From contig JANOAV010000184.1 in the NCBI GenBank assembly GCA_031411295.1, forward strand, positions 1 through 46,342: a stretch of 46,342 nucleotides of DNA, in the 5' to 3' direction. The notes beneath the pieces are model-generated. The model did no database searches, was not told the origin of the DNA, and was given only the letters and a program-made list of their open reading frames with translations. Position 1 is the first letter of the stretch. The number at the start of each line of letters is the position of its first letter. This document shows positions 1 to 8,370 of this stretch, in pieces. Source of the stretch: Verrucomicrobiales bacterium. Lineage in GTDB: Bacteria > Verrucomicrobiota > Verrucomicrobiia > Verrucomicrobiales > V1-33. A program made the translations under genes and the position numbers.

Positions 1-1
1 A

Positions 2-295
2 TTGAAACTACCAGATGCCGGGAGTCAGGTCATTGAGAGAGCATTGCTGGCTGATTTTGAGCAACTCAAGCGTGATGGCCTCATCTCGTCGATGCGTCCC
101 AAGGAAAACGCCAAGGAGTGGAGTGAACGACGGGATGAGGCCGGCAAAGTGATGGAAAAACATATCCGGGAACTGTTGCCGCCCGAGGCGCTCAATCATC
201 CCATGTTAGAGCACCAAGAGGGTATCCTGATGGAACTTTCCGAGGATGAACTCAACTTTCTTGACGACGAGCACAAAGCCACTCCGCAGCAATGA
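2..295 (+). CDS. Hypothetical protein, C-terminal part (5' end outside window); probable paralog of the next gene
   Basis: Frame is open from the window edge; the stop overlaps the next ATG (ATGA at 292-295); segment FEQLKRDGL..EWSERR..RELLPP resembles FATMKTAGL..EWQERR..RPLIPP in 292..1125. Confidence 0.7.
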   Translation: MKLPDAGSQVIERALLADFEQLKRDGLISSMRPKENAKEWSERRDEAGKVMEKHIRELLPPEALNHPMLEHQEGILMELSEDELNFLDDEHKATPQQ

Positions 296-1125
296 AGCAA
301 TATCGGCTCTACATTCCAGTGCTGGCGCTGGTCCTGCTGGCAGCTATTTGGTTCCGGCGTGTTAGGCTGGAAAATCACGCCCTCCAAACTTCCGTTGCTG
401 AGCTGCGGGCCCAACCTGCCCTAACATCGGCAGCGGATCGCGCTGCCGATGCCGATAAAACGGCCCGGCCGCAAAATAACGCTGAATTGCTAGCAGAACT
501 AATTCAAGTCGAGGAAATGACCACCGCCACGCAAAAGCAAATTGCTGCGTTAGAGATGAAAATCCCGCCCTCACTCCAGAGTGAGGTTACCGAGTCGTTC
601 GGGCGCATCACAGACATGGGGGCAGAGCTGGGGCAGCATCTCCGCACGATTTGGATGGATGCCGACGAAGCGGAACAGGAACGGGAGCGCAGAGGCATCA
701 CTTCGGATGAGTTGGCCGACAACGTGATCGGGGCTTTCACGAAATTCGAAGCGTGGGCACCCGAAATCGGGGCCATGGAGGACAGGCCTGCGGAGATTGC
801 ATCGCTGCAAGCCACGGCCTTGCGAGAAATCTTCGCGTTCAACAAAACCCAAACCCAACAAGCCAACGCGATCATTGAGGCGCACTTCGCCACGATGAAA
901 ACGGCTGGACTAGCTTACTCTAGTCACGACGCCCTTGAGTGGCAGGAACGCCGCAACACGTCCCTCACCGAACTCCTCTGGAAACTCCGCCCGCTCATTC
1001 CGCCCGACTCGAAACAAACTCCCAATCTCCCTCAGATCGTCAACATCGGTGCGGGATTTAAGAGCCAAACTTCGGCCTACCCAGCAGGGCCGCCTGTTCC
1101 GTGGCTCCAAACAAACGGGCATTGA
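292..1125 (+). CDS. Hypothetical membrane-anchored coiled-coil protein
   Basis: 277-aa ORF, N-terminal TM helix (IPVLALVLLAAIWF) followed by helical/coiled-coil sequence. Confidence 0.75.
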   Translation: MKQYRLYIPVLALVLLAAIWFRRVRLENHALQTSVAELRAQPALTSAADRAADADKTARPQNNAELLAELIQVEEMTTATQKQIAALEMKIPPSLQSEVTESFGRITDMGAELGQHLRTIWMDADEAEQERERRGITSDELADNVIGAFTKFEAWAPEIGAMEDRPAEIASLQATALREIFAFNKTQTQQANAIIEAHFATMKTAGLAYSSHDALEWQERRNTSLTELLWKLRPLIPPDSKQTPNLPQIVNIGAGFKSQTSAYPAGPPVPWLQTNGH

Positions 1126-1291
1126 CCCGTGCGGCCTGCAACCAATACCCCATTGCAAACCCCATTTTTTCTGGCATACTTCGACCCGTGACGCAGGGAA
1201 GGCATTTCGCACTGAACGCCGAAGTTTGAACTTCCAGCGCGCGATCGCGCTGGCGATTCCCAGGTTCTGCATCCTTAGCCCGCCTTAGCCC

Positions 1292-1912
1292 ATGCACTCA
1301 ATTTCCACCTCCTCCGTCATCCCTCACTTGGCGGCTCTTTGCCTCGCCTTGATGGGGTCGCTCGCGGCTGAGCCCGTGACCAAAATTAAGGTGGAGGCGG
1401 GCAAGGGACTACAGTCATTTGATGGGCTGGGCTGTGGGGCAATCTTTTATGAAGCGCACATGACCAGCCTGGCGGCACGCGGGAAGATGGCCGAGCAGGA
1501 GAAACTTTACGATGCCATGTTCAAGGATGTGCGGACTGACTATTTGCACCTCTTCATCAGGCACCATGGCTTCCGACAGTTTGCTTCCCGCTTGGAACCG
1601 GGCATGCAAGTGGTGGCCAGCACCGTGAGCGGGCCTGAAGCCAGCGGCATTTCCAAGCCCGGCGTGAAAGCTTGCGCCTTCCGCACGAAGGACGGAAAAC
1701 GCGTTGTGACCAATATCGCCAACGTGCAGGACCAACCAGTGGAAATAACGTTGCATGTCAGCGGAGTAATGACCGGGACAGCTCAGGCTTGGCTAACTGA
1801 CGGCACTCGCTCCGTCGAATCGCAACCGGCCCAGTCCGCCAAGGATGGGCTGAAATACAGTCTGCCAGCACGTGGCATGTTGACGGTGCAAACTGGCAGT
1901 GCAGGGAAATAA
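1292..1912 (+). pseudogene. GH30-like glycoside hydrolase apparently lacking most of its catalytic barrel (in-frame internal deletion)
   Basis: Signal peptide, GH30-like N-terminus (QSFDGLGCG..LYDAMF) joined at IRHHGFRQF to a C-terminal beta-sandwich (AFRTKDGKRVVTNIAN..YSLPARGMLTV); only 206 aa. Confidence 0.55.
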
Positions 1913-1938
1913 TGGCTCAACGTTTCCAACAACCCACC

Positions 1939-2922
1939 CTACCGAGTCTGCGCGAAGAGCCATTCAAAGACGGCGTCATCCGCCAAGACCTTTGGGGGAA
2001 TGCCGTGACCGCCGGTGGGGTATTCGGTGTATTTGAAGGATTTGGCATGGTCCAGGGCTTTGGCGAGGGCGCGGGCTCCATCCACTTTGACCACATCGTC
2101 ATCCGCGGCGTGGAAGACCCAGAGCGGCGTGCGTTTCAGGGCTCCGGCATCGTTGCTGCAGCCGCACATCGGGATCCCTGCTGCGAACAGTCGGGATTCG
2201 GTGGCCAAGAAATGACAGGTGCCGAAGCCGCCCATGGAGTGCCCGCAAACATAAACTTTGTTTTTGTCGATCGGGAGTGATTTCAGTAGATCCTTCACTA
2301 ACGCGATAGCTTCGGTGCCGGGCTTGTCGTTCCAGCCACCCCCCGTTCCGCCGAATGGCTGATAGCACAGGGGGGCCAGCAGGTAGCAAGGATGCTTGGC
2401 AAAGCGGGCTGGTTGGGCGAAGGTCTTCATCCAGTCGGACACTTGTTTGCCGTTCTCATCGTTGCTGCTTTTGCCATGCAGCAATACGACCAGGGGAGCG
2501 TTAGCGGTGGTGGGGAGAGATTTGTCTGCGTAAAAGGCATAGGGTAAATTCTTGAATTTCGCCAATGCCCAATCGCCTGTTAGGAGTGGGGCGTATTCTT
2601 TGCTCACCGGAGTGACTGGTCCTGAGGCCGCAGCGACAGCCGCTGGTTTCACCGCCGCCGGCGCGGGAGCTGGCAGCGCTTGCACATAAGCCATGTCCTC
2701 TGGCGAGAGCCGATCCAGCGGCAAGGTGAGTTGCTTCCCATCCACCTTGCGCTTCACAACCACGGCTTGGTCGGTCTTGGAAACGAACACCGCTTCAAGC
2801 TGCTTGCCGTCGGATGAGGTCCAAGTGCGAACCACCGGCGGATCCCCCGCCGTGAGCGGAGAGGCCAAAGCCGACATGAACAACACGATCCCCAGATAAC
2901 AATGGGAGAATTTCAGTTTCAT
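1939..2922 (-). CDS. Secreted alpha/beta-hydrolase (esterase/peptidase) with N-terminal SHD1-like domain
   Basis: Signal peptide; RTWTSSDGKQLEA..LPLDRLSPEDMAYV; VVLLHG, GHSMGG nucleophile motif, FHAADDDVV, GGHG. Confidence 0.85.
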   Translation of the reverse strand: MKLKFSHCYLGIVLFMSALASPLTAGDPPVVRTWTSSDGKQLEAVFVSKTDQAVVVKRKVDGKQLTLPLDRLSPEDMAYVQALPAPAPAAVKPAAVAAASGPVTPVSKEYAPLLTGDWALAKFKNLPYAFYADKSLPTTANAPLVVLLHGKSSNDENGKQVSDWMKTFAQPARFAKHPCYLLAPLCYQPFGGTGGGWNDKPGTEAIALVKDLLKSLPIDKNKVYVCGHSMGGFGTCHFLATESRLFAAGIPMCGCSNDAGALKRTPLWVFHAADDDVVKVDGARALAKALDHAKSFKYTEYPTGGHGIPPKVLADDAVFEWLFAQTR

Positions 2923-3038
2923 ATTTTATAGCAAAGCTAGAGGTGGAGCGACTAATGGAACGAAATTGTCCAAGGATGCGACGTCCGCGTCGATATGATT
3001 TGTTCCGGGTTTGCGGGTCGCGATCCTTCTCCAAGGTC

Positions 3039-3752
3039 TCACTTCGCTTGATCAGTGGAGCCTGCGATGCGCACAATCTGGGTCTTGTTGGTGGTGCTGT
3101 TGAGTTGGGTGATCTGCTCGTCGGACAACGCCGAGATGGGCACCAAGCAGATGCCGCCTTCGTGGCGCAGCGTGATTTCTCCGCCTTGCACCACCATTAG
3201 CCCCGCCTTTTTGTAGGTTTTTCCGCCGACGGTTAGACTGGGGATGAATTTTCCGTCGGCATTGTGGGCGGCTTGTTCTTTCTTCCAATCCTCGGCGGTA
3301 GTCCACTTCCCCACGCGCAACACGCTACCGCTGGCCAGTTTTTCTTCCGCCTGCTGGAGTGGCTTGGCCAGTGAGACAAGAGTTGGTGCGGCTTTGCGAC
3401 AACGTTTGGCCCACTGATCAAGTTTGGCCCGGGCGGAGGCGAAGGCTTTGGCATCAGAAGGTTGCAAAAACACCCCCGTCTTCAGATCTGGCAAGTCGAT
3501 GAGCACAGCCACCTGCGCTAGGGGAATACTGACGGTATCTTTCCCTCCTACTGGCAGAATCTTAACCACTACTGCAAAAGTCTTGGCCGCAGCATAGGGC
3601 ATTGCCTCCCACACTTCTTCCGATTCCTGCTCACGGGATCGAATCAGCGCCACGCCGCCACCGTCGGCCAACGCAGAATCAACGCATAATAGGATCAAAA
3701 GCAGCACGAAGCAAGGTCGCGTGATTGGTGAAAGCGAGGTTCGGTAGATCAT
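3039..3752 (-). CDS. Secreted hypothetical protein
   Basis: 237-aa ORF, signal peptide; C-terminal LTVGGKTY..ITLRHEGG..VPISALSDEQ small beta domain. Confidence 0.75.
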   Translation of the reverse strand: MIYRTSLSPITRPCFVLLLILLCVDSALADGGGVALIRSREQESEEVWEAMPYAAAKTFAVVVKILPVGGKDTVSIPLAQVAVLIDLPDLKTGVFLQPSDAKAFASARAKLDQWAKRCRKAAPTLVSLAKPLQQAEEKLASGSVLRVGKWTTAEDWKKEQAAHNADGKFIPSLTVGGKTYKKAGLMVVQGGEITLRHEGGICLVPISALSDEQITQLNSTTNKTQIVRIAGSTDQAK

Positions 3753-3969
3753 GGCGTGGCGGAATTGGTTTAGGGGAAAATACTACGTTAGCAGGCAAAT
3801 GAACAGGATTATTTAAAACGTTCCGTTGGGAAGGGAGGCGCGCCTAACGCAACAACAAAGGACGGGCACGCCAGCAGGACTCCTTGCGCAGGTCGCGTGG
3901 TTCTCCCTGCGCCTCGGAGCGCGGGCCACTTTCCACTTTCCAAGTAGGGGAAATGGCGTTCTCTACGCG

Positions 3970-4497
3970 ATGTTCAAAGACGACGATATTAATTACGCTT
4001 TCTCCGTGACGGAAACCCTTTTTGAGCCAGCCCGTCGCTTGGAAACGTTCGGCAGCACCAGTTTCGATTTCCAGCTCATCACGGAGCCAATGGATTCGGT
4101 GGGGCAGGTGCGCATCCGCGAGGGCAAGGTGCATGCGGAGAAGCCACTGCTTTTGAAACCAGACGGGCTGAGTGATTTCGCGTTTGAAGGATTTGATCAG
4201 GACAAAGTGTCTCCGTTTATCGATTTTCTCAAGAGCATCTCCGGACGGGTGGCGATGCTGCAGTATGGATTCAATTTTCGGAAAAGCGATGTCACGGAGT
4301 CGTTGGTTCACGAGCCACTGGCAGATGTGCAATCGCGCTTGGTAGCTGCGGCACGGGACGGACATAATTCCTCGCTGGCAGTGCTGGCGGGCGTGGATGA
4401 CGTGTGGGAGGTCTGCCTGCTGAAGTTTACCCTGGAAATGGCGATGAAATCCCAAGGGATCAACCTGTTCGATTTCAAGCGGCGGGGCATGCTCTGA
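3970..4497 (+). CDS. Conserved hypothetical protein
   Basis: ATG at 3970 (MFKDDDINYA..RRLETFGST..IREG) inside the 3826..4497 ORF; protein-like composition. Confidence 0.75.
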   Translation: MFKDDDINYAFSVTETLFEPARRLETFGSTSFDFQLITEPMDSVGQVRIREGKVHAEKPLLLKPDGLSDFAFEGFDQDKVSPFIDFLKSISGRVAMLQYGFNFRKSDVTESLVHEPLADVQSRLVAAARDGHNSSLAVLAGVDDVWEVCLLKFTLEMAMKSQGINLFDFKRRGML

Positions 4498-4506
4498 TGC
4501 AAACTG

Positions 4507-5334
4507 CTAGTCTAGCGCAAAGGCATAAACGCTAATCTTGTGCTGATCGCACAACTGCTGCACTTTTTCCTTTTCCAATAGCAGGGTCATGCCAGCGTGG
4601 ATGGCGATGAGCCGAATGCTGGCCTCAGCGCAGGTGATAATGGTTTGCGGGCCCACCACGGGCACGTCGAACCGGAAATCTTGCTTGGGTTTGGCCACCT
4701 TGGCCATGGTCGCTTGGCCGCGGCCCAGCGCGCCGCCGCGTTTGATGCATTCATTGGTGCCTTCAAAGGCTTCCACCGCTAACACGGTGCCTTTCTTGAC
4801 CACCACCGTCTGGCCGATGTCCAACCGACTGCTCTCACGCGCGATTTCCAGACCATAGTGGGCATCGGCCAGATCGCGCTCGCGGAGCTTGGGCCCACAG
4901 ACGTAGCCCGCCCGGGGCAAATGATCCTCCAAGTAGGTGATGGCTGAGATTAGCTCGATGCCGTCCTTGGCCAATTCATTGCCGATGGCACCGAAGATGG
5001 TTTCCGCATTGCGACGCTTGAGTTTACCTAACATGAGCAAGGTGCGCAGATCGGGGCGGAGATCGAAGAGGTTCTTGGGAGCGATCTGGCCAATCATGAC
5101 GGCATGTTTCACGCCATGAGACTTGAAGAACTTGATCATTTTCCCCAACTGCCCCACGCGCATCCATTCGAGCGCAGCCACTTCATGAGCCAAGGCCGGT
5201 AATGTCTCATTTTCAAAGGCCGCCGCAACGATCTTCCCCACGCCCGCCGCCTTGGCAGCCTGAGCCATGGTGAACGGGTAAACGCCGTTGCCGGCGATGA
5301 GGCCCAAGGTGCTAATTGATGGAGGATGGGGCAT
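4507..5334 (-). CDS. lpxI: UDP-2,3-diacylglucosamine diphosphatase LpxI
   Basis: LGLIAGNGVYP, LDIGQTVVV, AVEAFEGT, KVAKPKQDFRFDVPVVG motifs. Confidence 0.92.
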   Translation of the reverse strand: MPHPPSISTLGLIAGNGVYPFTMAQAAKAAGVGKIVAAAFENETLPALAHEVAALEWMRVGQLGKMIKFFKSHGVKHAVMIGQIAPKNLFDLRPDLRTLLMLGKLKRRNAETIFGAIGNELAKDGIELISAITYLEDHLPRAGYVCGPKLRERDLADAHYGLEIARESSRLDIGQTVVVKKGTVLAVEAFEGTNECIKRGGALGRGQATMAKVAKPKQDFRFDVPVVGPQTIITCAEASIRLIAIHAGMTLLLEKEKVQQLCDQHKISVYAFALD

Positions 5335-5431
5335 GAAGTAATTTTTGCGATGGAAATTTTCCCCTCAGGTGGCCCCAGCAGTTGCGGGCTTCCGAGGTCG
5401 GCCTCTGCGCAGAATCTTGCCTGATCTCTGC

Positions 5432-5809
5432 TTAGCCAACGAATTCCAGATAGGCTGCTTCGGTCATCATGGCTTCGATTTGGGCGGGATTGCTGACCTT
5501 GATTTTGAAGAGCCAGCCGCCTTCGTAGGGGGCAGTGTTGACCAAGCTGGTTTCGTTTGTGGCGGCGGTGTTCACTTCCACGATTTCACCATCCACCGGG
5601 CTGTAAATATCGCTGGCGGCTTTGACGGATTCCACGACGGCCACGGCCTCTTCGGCTTTGACGACGCGGCCGACGTCCGGCAACTCCAAGTAAACGACAT
5701 CGCCCAGCTCGGCCTGCGCGTGCTCGGAGATGCCGACGGTGGCGATAGCGGAGCCGGGGGTGATCCACTCGTGGGAGCGGGCGAAACGGAGTTCTGAGGA
5801 GTTAGGCAT
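5432..5809 (-). CDS. gcvH: Glycine cleavage system H protein
   Basis: SHEWI, VGISEHAQAELGDVVY, VESVKAASDIYSP lipoyl-lysine motif. Confidence 0.97.
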   Translation of the reverse strand: MPNSSELRFARSHEWITPGSAIATVGISEHAQAELGDVVYLELPDVGRVVKAEEAVAVVESVKAASDIYSPVDGEIVEVNTAATNETSLVNTAPYEGGWLFKIKVSNPAQIEAMMTEAAYLEFVG

Positions 5810-5840
5810 AATTTTTTGGAGCGGTGGTGATTTAACGGAA

Positions 5841-6941
5841 TTAAAGCGCAGTTGGGGGCTTCTTGTAAAATGGCTTTTTCACAACTTCGATCAGATAGTG
5901 CTTCCCGCGCACTTCAGCGCTGAGTTGGGTGCCCACGGTGGCCAGGTTAGGCGGCAGATAAGCCATGCCGATACTGCCCTGCAAGCTGGGGGCCACGCCT
6001 CCGCTGCAGAGTTCACCCACCACGGAATCGCCTGAGAGCACCGGATAATGGCTGCGCAGCGGGGGACCTTTGTCGATGAGTTTAACCCCGCAAAGTTTGC
6101 TGGGCAGGCCGTTGGCTTTCTGCGCCAGCAGGGCTTCCGATCCGACGAATGGCTTGGTTAGATCAACGAAGAAACCCAATCCAGCTTCCAACGGGGTGCG
6201 GTCAGGAGAAAGGTCATTCCCATTCAAAGGATAGCCCATTTCCAAACGCAGCGTATCCCGCGCGCCCAGGCCGGCGGGCTTTGCGCCCAACGCCACGATC
6301 TGATGCCACCAACTGCCAGCGGTGGCCGCCGGACAGAAGAACTCGAATCCATCCTCCCCGGTGTAGCCCGTGCGGCAGATGATGACCTCCCCGGCTGGAG
6401 TGCTGAAGGTCCCGATGCCATTGCGGGCTGGCAGGGCCAACTGCGCTCCGCAAAGTTTCTCATACAAGGCAGCCGCTTCCGGTCCTTGCACGGCCATGCC
6501 GGCAAATGGCGCACTGCGATTTTCCAATGTTACACCGTCGGTCAGGCGCGCGGACATCCAGACGAAATCTTCCAGAATCATACTGGCATTGACGACCAGG
6601 AAATATTCGTTGGGCGCAAGTTGATAGGCAATGAGGTCATCGATCACCCCGCCGCGTTCGTTGAGCAACAACGTGTATTGACCCTGCCCAGGAGTGAGCT
6701 TCGCAAGGTTATTGGTTAGCAATCCATTCAACCAAGTCTGCGCGTTTGGTCCAGACACAAAGAATTGCCCCATATGGGAAATATCAAATACCCCGACGCT
6801 GGCACGCACCGCCAAGTGTTCTTCCGCAATGCCGGCATACTGCACCGGCATGGAAAAGCCGGCAAACGGCACCATCTTGGCACCGACTTGAAGATGAACA
6901 TCATTTAAGGGAGAATATTGCAACGGGGCGGAATCATTCAT
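5841..6941 (-). CDS. gcvT: Glycine cleavage system T protein (aminomethyltransferase)
   Basis: GAKMVPFAG, FDISHMG, RTGYTGEDGFE, GLGARDTLRLEMG. Confidence 0.97.
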   Translation of the reverse strand: MNDSAPLQYSPLNDVHLQVGAKMVPFAGFSMPVQYAGIAEEHLAVRASVGVFDISHMGQFFVSGPNAQTWLNGLLTNNLAKLTPGQGQYTLLLNERGGVIDDLIAYQLAPNEYFLVVNASMILEDFVWMSARLTDGVTLENRSAPFAGMAVQGPEAAALYEKLCGAQLALPARNGIGTFSTPAGEVIICRTGYTGEDGFEFFCPAATAGSWWHQIVALGAKPAGLGARDTLRLEMGYPLNGNDLSPDRTPLEAGLGFFVDLTKPFVGSEALLAQKANGLPSKLCGVKLIDKGPPLRSHYPVLSGDSVVGELCSGGVAPSLQGSIGMAYLPPNLATVGTQLSAEVRGKHYLIEVVKKPFYKKPPTAL

Positions 6942-7041
6942 GTGGTCGCCACTCTGAAAGACAATTCCCGTATTGCAAAGTGCGATTTAGATGCAGACGC
7001 TGATCGAGTGTGACCTGTCCGCTGTGGATATTGGGTATCAG

Positions 7042-7154
7042 GGCCTCTCTCAGATTGAATACTTGCCGAAAAGAACGAAAGAATGCCGAAAAAAATTGAG
7101 CCCAGCGAGGCGGTGGCGTATTGAATTTTTTCGGCTTTTTTCGTTTCTTTCGGC
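7042..7154. repeat. Left repeat block of GxxExxY element: ~75-bp direct repeat copy 1 (7042-7117) overlapping an imperfect hairpin (arms 7065-7097 and 7124-7154)
   Basis: GCCGAAAAGAACGAAAGAATGCCGAAAAAAATT ... AATTTTTTCGGCTTTTTTCGTTTCTTTCGGC. Confidence 0.85.
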
Positions 7155-7202
7155 TCAAATCCGACACTCTACTTCAGGGTTGAACCGTCTGACTAGCCCT
7201 TT

Positions 7203-7613
7203 ATGAATAACTCAACCAAATCCCTCCCCTTTCAACTTTGTGACGTGGTCCGCGAGACCGCGTTTGCGATTCATTGTTTCCACGGCCCCGGACACGTCGA
7301 GAAGATTTACGAAAACGCCCTCGTTCATCGACTTCGGAAGCAGGGTTACAAGGTCGAACAGCAGGTGCAACTGAAGGTTTATGATGAGGACGGAACGTGG
7401 TTGGGAGACCTCACGGCCGACGTGCTAGTTGAGGGCGTGCTGCTGCTGGAATTGAAGGCCGTGAAGCAAACGGGCTCTGAGCATGTCGCTCAATTGCTAG
7501 GTTACTTGAAAGCCTCTAGGATCGAGCATGGAGCGCTTCTCAATTTTGGAGCAGCCAAATTCTTCATCAAAATGTATGGCATGGCCGCAGAACTTCATGA
7601 TGCCGAAGTTTAA
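7203..7613 (+). CDS. GxxExxY protein (PD-(D/E)XK nuclease-like)
   Basis: HGPGHVEKIYENAL, ADVLVE..LLELKAV, AQLLGYLKA, LLNFG. Confidence 0.95.
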   Translation: MNNSTKSLPFQLCDVVRETAFAIHCFHGPGHVEKIYENALVHRLRKQGYKVEQQVQLKVYDEDGTWLGDLTADVLVEGVLLLELKAVKQTGSEHVAQLLGYLKASRIEHGALLNFGAAKFFIKMYGMAAELHDAEV

Positions 7614-7638
7614 GGCTTTGATGGTTGAGGTTGGATTT

Positions 7639-7831
7639 GCCGAAAAAAGCAGGACGAGTCACGATGAAGATTTTTCGTCCTCTTTCGGTTTTTTCGGCTA
7701 CGGTTTGGGTTCACGAAGTAGCACTAATGGCAACCCCTTAGGATAATGGAGACCATGGCCTCTCCCAGATTGAATATTTGCCGAAAAGAACGAAAGAATG
7801 CCGAAAAAATTGAGGCTCGCGAGGTGGTGGC
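7639..7831. repeat. Right repeat block of GxxExxY element: hairpin 7639-7698 and direct repeat copy 2 (7757-7831)
   Basis: GCCGAAAAAAGCAGGACG..CGTCCTCTTTCGGTTTTTTCGGC; GGCCTCTCCCAGATTGAATATTTGCCGAAAAGAACGAAAGAATGCCGAAAAAATTGAG is nearly identical to the sequence starting at 7042. Confidence 0.85.
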
Positions 7832-8015
7832 ACTGCGGCCAACGACATGAAGCAACACCCAAAGTGGGACGACCCGGAAGTAGCTTCGCGACGAAGCGGA
7901 GGAGGCGAGCGCAGCCTGAGCTTCCTGATCCGGCAGATTGGGTGAAATAAAATTGCGCCCGGGCGTCATTTGCAGCTTGGCAAAAATGCCTGAACTCTGC
8001 TACTTCAGCCTCGCC

Positions 8016-8351
8016 ATGACTACGTCTCCCGATCCTACCCCGCCCGAACACAACGATTTTATACACAGTGAAGACTTCCTGCATGCGCTGATGGCGCGCC
8101 AGTTGAAGCTGAGTATTGCCTGTGCCGCCGCCTTCATCCTGGTGCTGGTGGGACTGCCCCTGTTGAATTACTTTGCCCCGGAGATGATGGCCCAGCGGGT
8201 GGCTGGTTTCCCCCTGACTTGGTTGATTCTGGGCGTGTTGTTCTTTCCGTTCGTGTGGGTCATCGCCCGGATCTTCATCACCCGCTCCATGGCCTTGGAA
8301 GAGGCGGAAGTGAAACTTGCCGAGCAAGGCAATGCCCAACGTAAAGCCTAA
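8016..8351 (+). CDS. DUF485-like small membrane protein, partner of sodium:solute symporter
   Basis: Two TM helices, LMARQLKLS motif, directly upstream of an ActP-type symporter. Confidence 0.85.
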   Translation: MTTSPDPTPPEHNDFIHSEDFLHALMARQLKLSIACAAAFILVLVGLPLLNYFAPEMMAQRVAGFPLTWLILGVLFFPFVWVIARIFITRSMALEEAEVKLAEQGNAQRKA

Positions 8352-8370
8352 TCCCTGACCATCTTTTCAA

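Noticed and set aside
6942..7200. Glycine riboswitch upstream of gcvT
   Set aside because: No recognisable aptamer motifs; the structure here belongs to the GxxExxY-flanking repeats.
7042..7831. CRISPR array
   Set aside because: Only two direct copies separated by a gene, no regular repeat-spacer pattern, and no cas genes.
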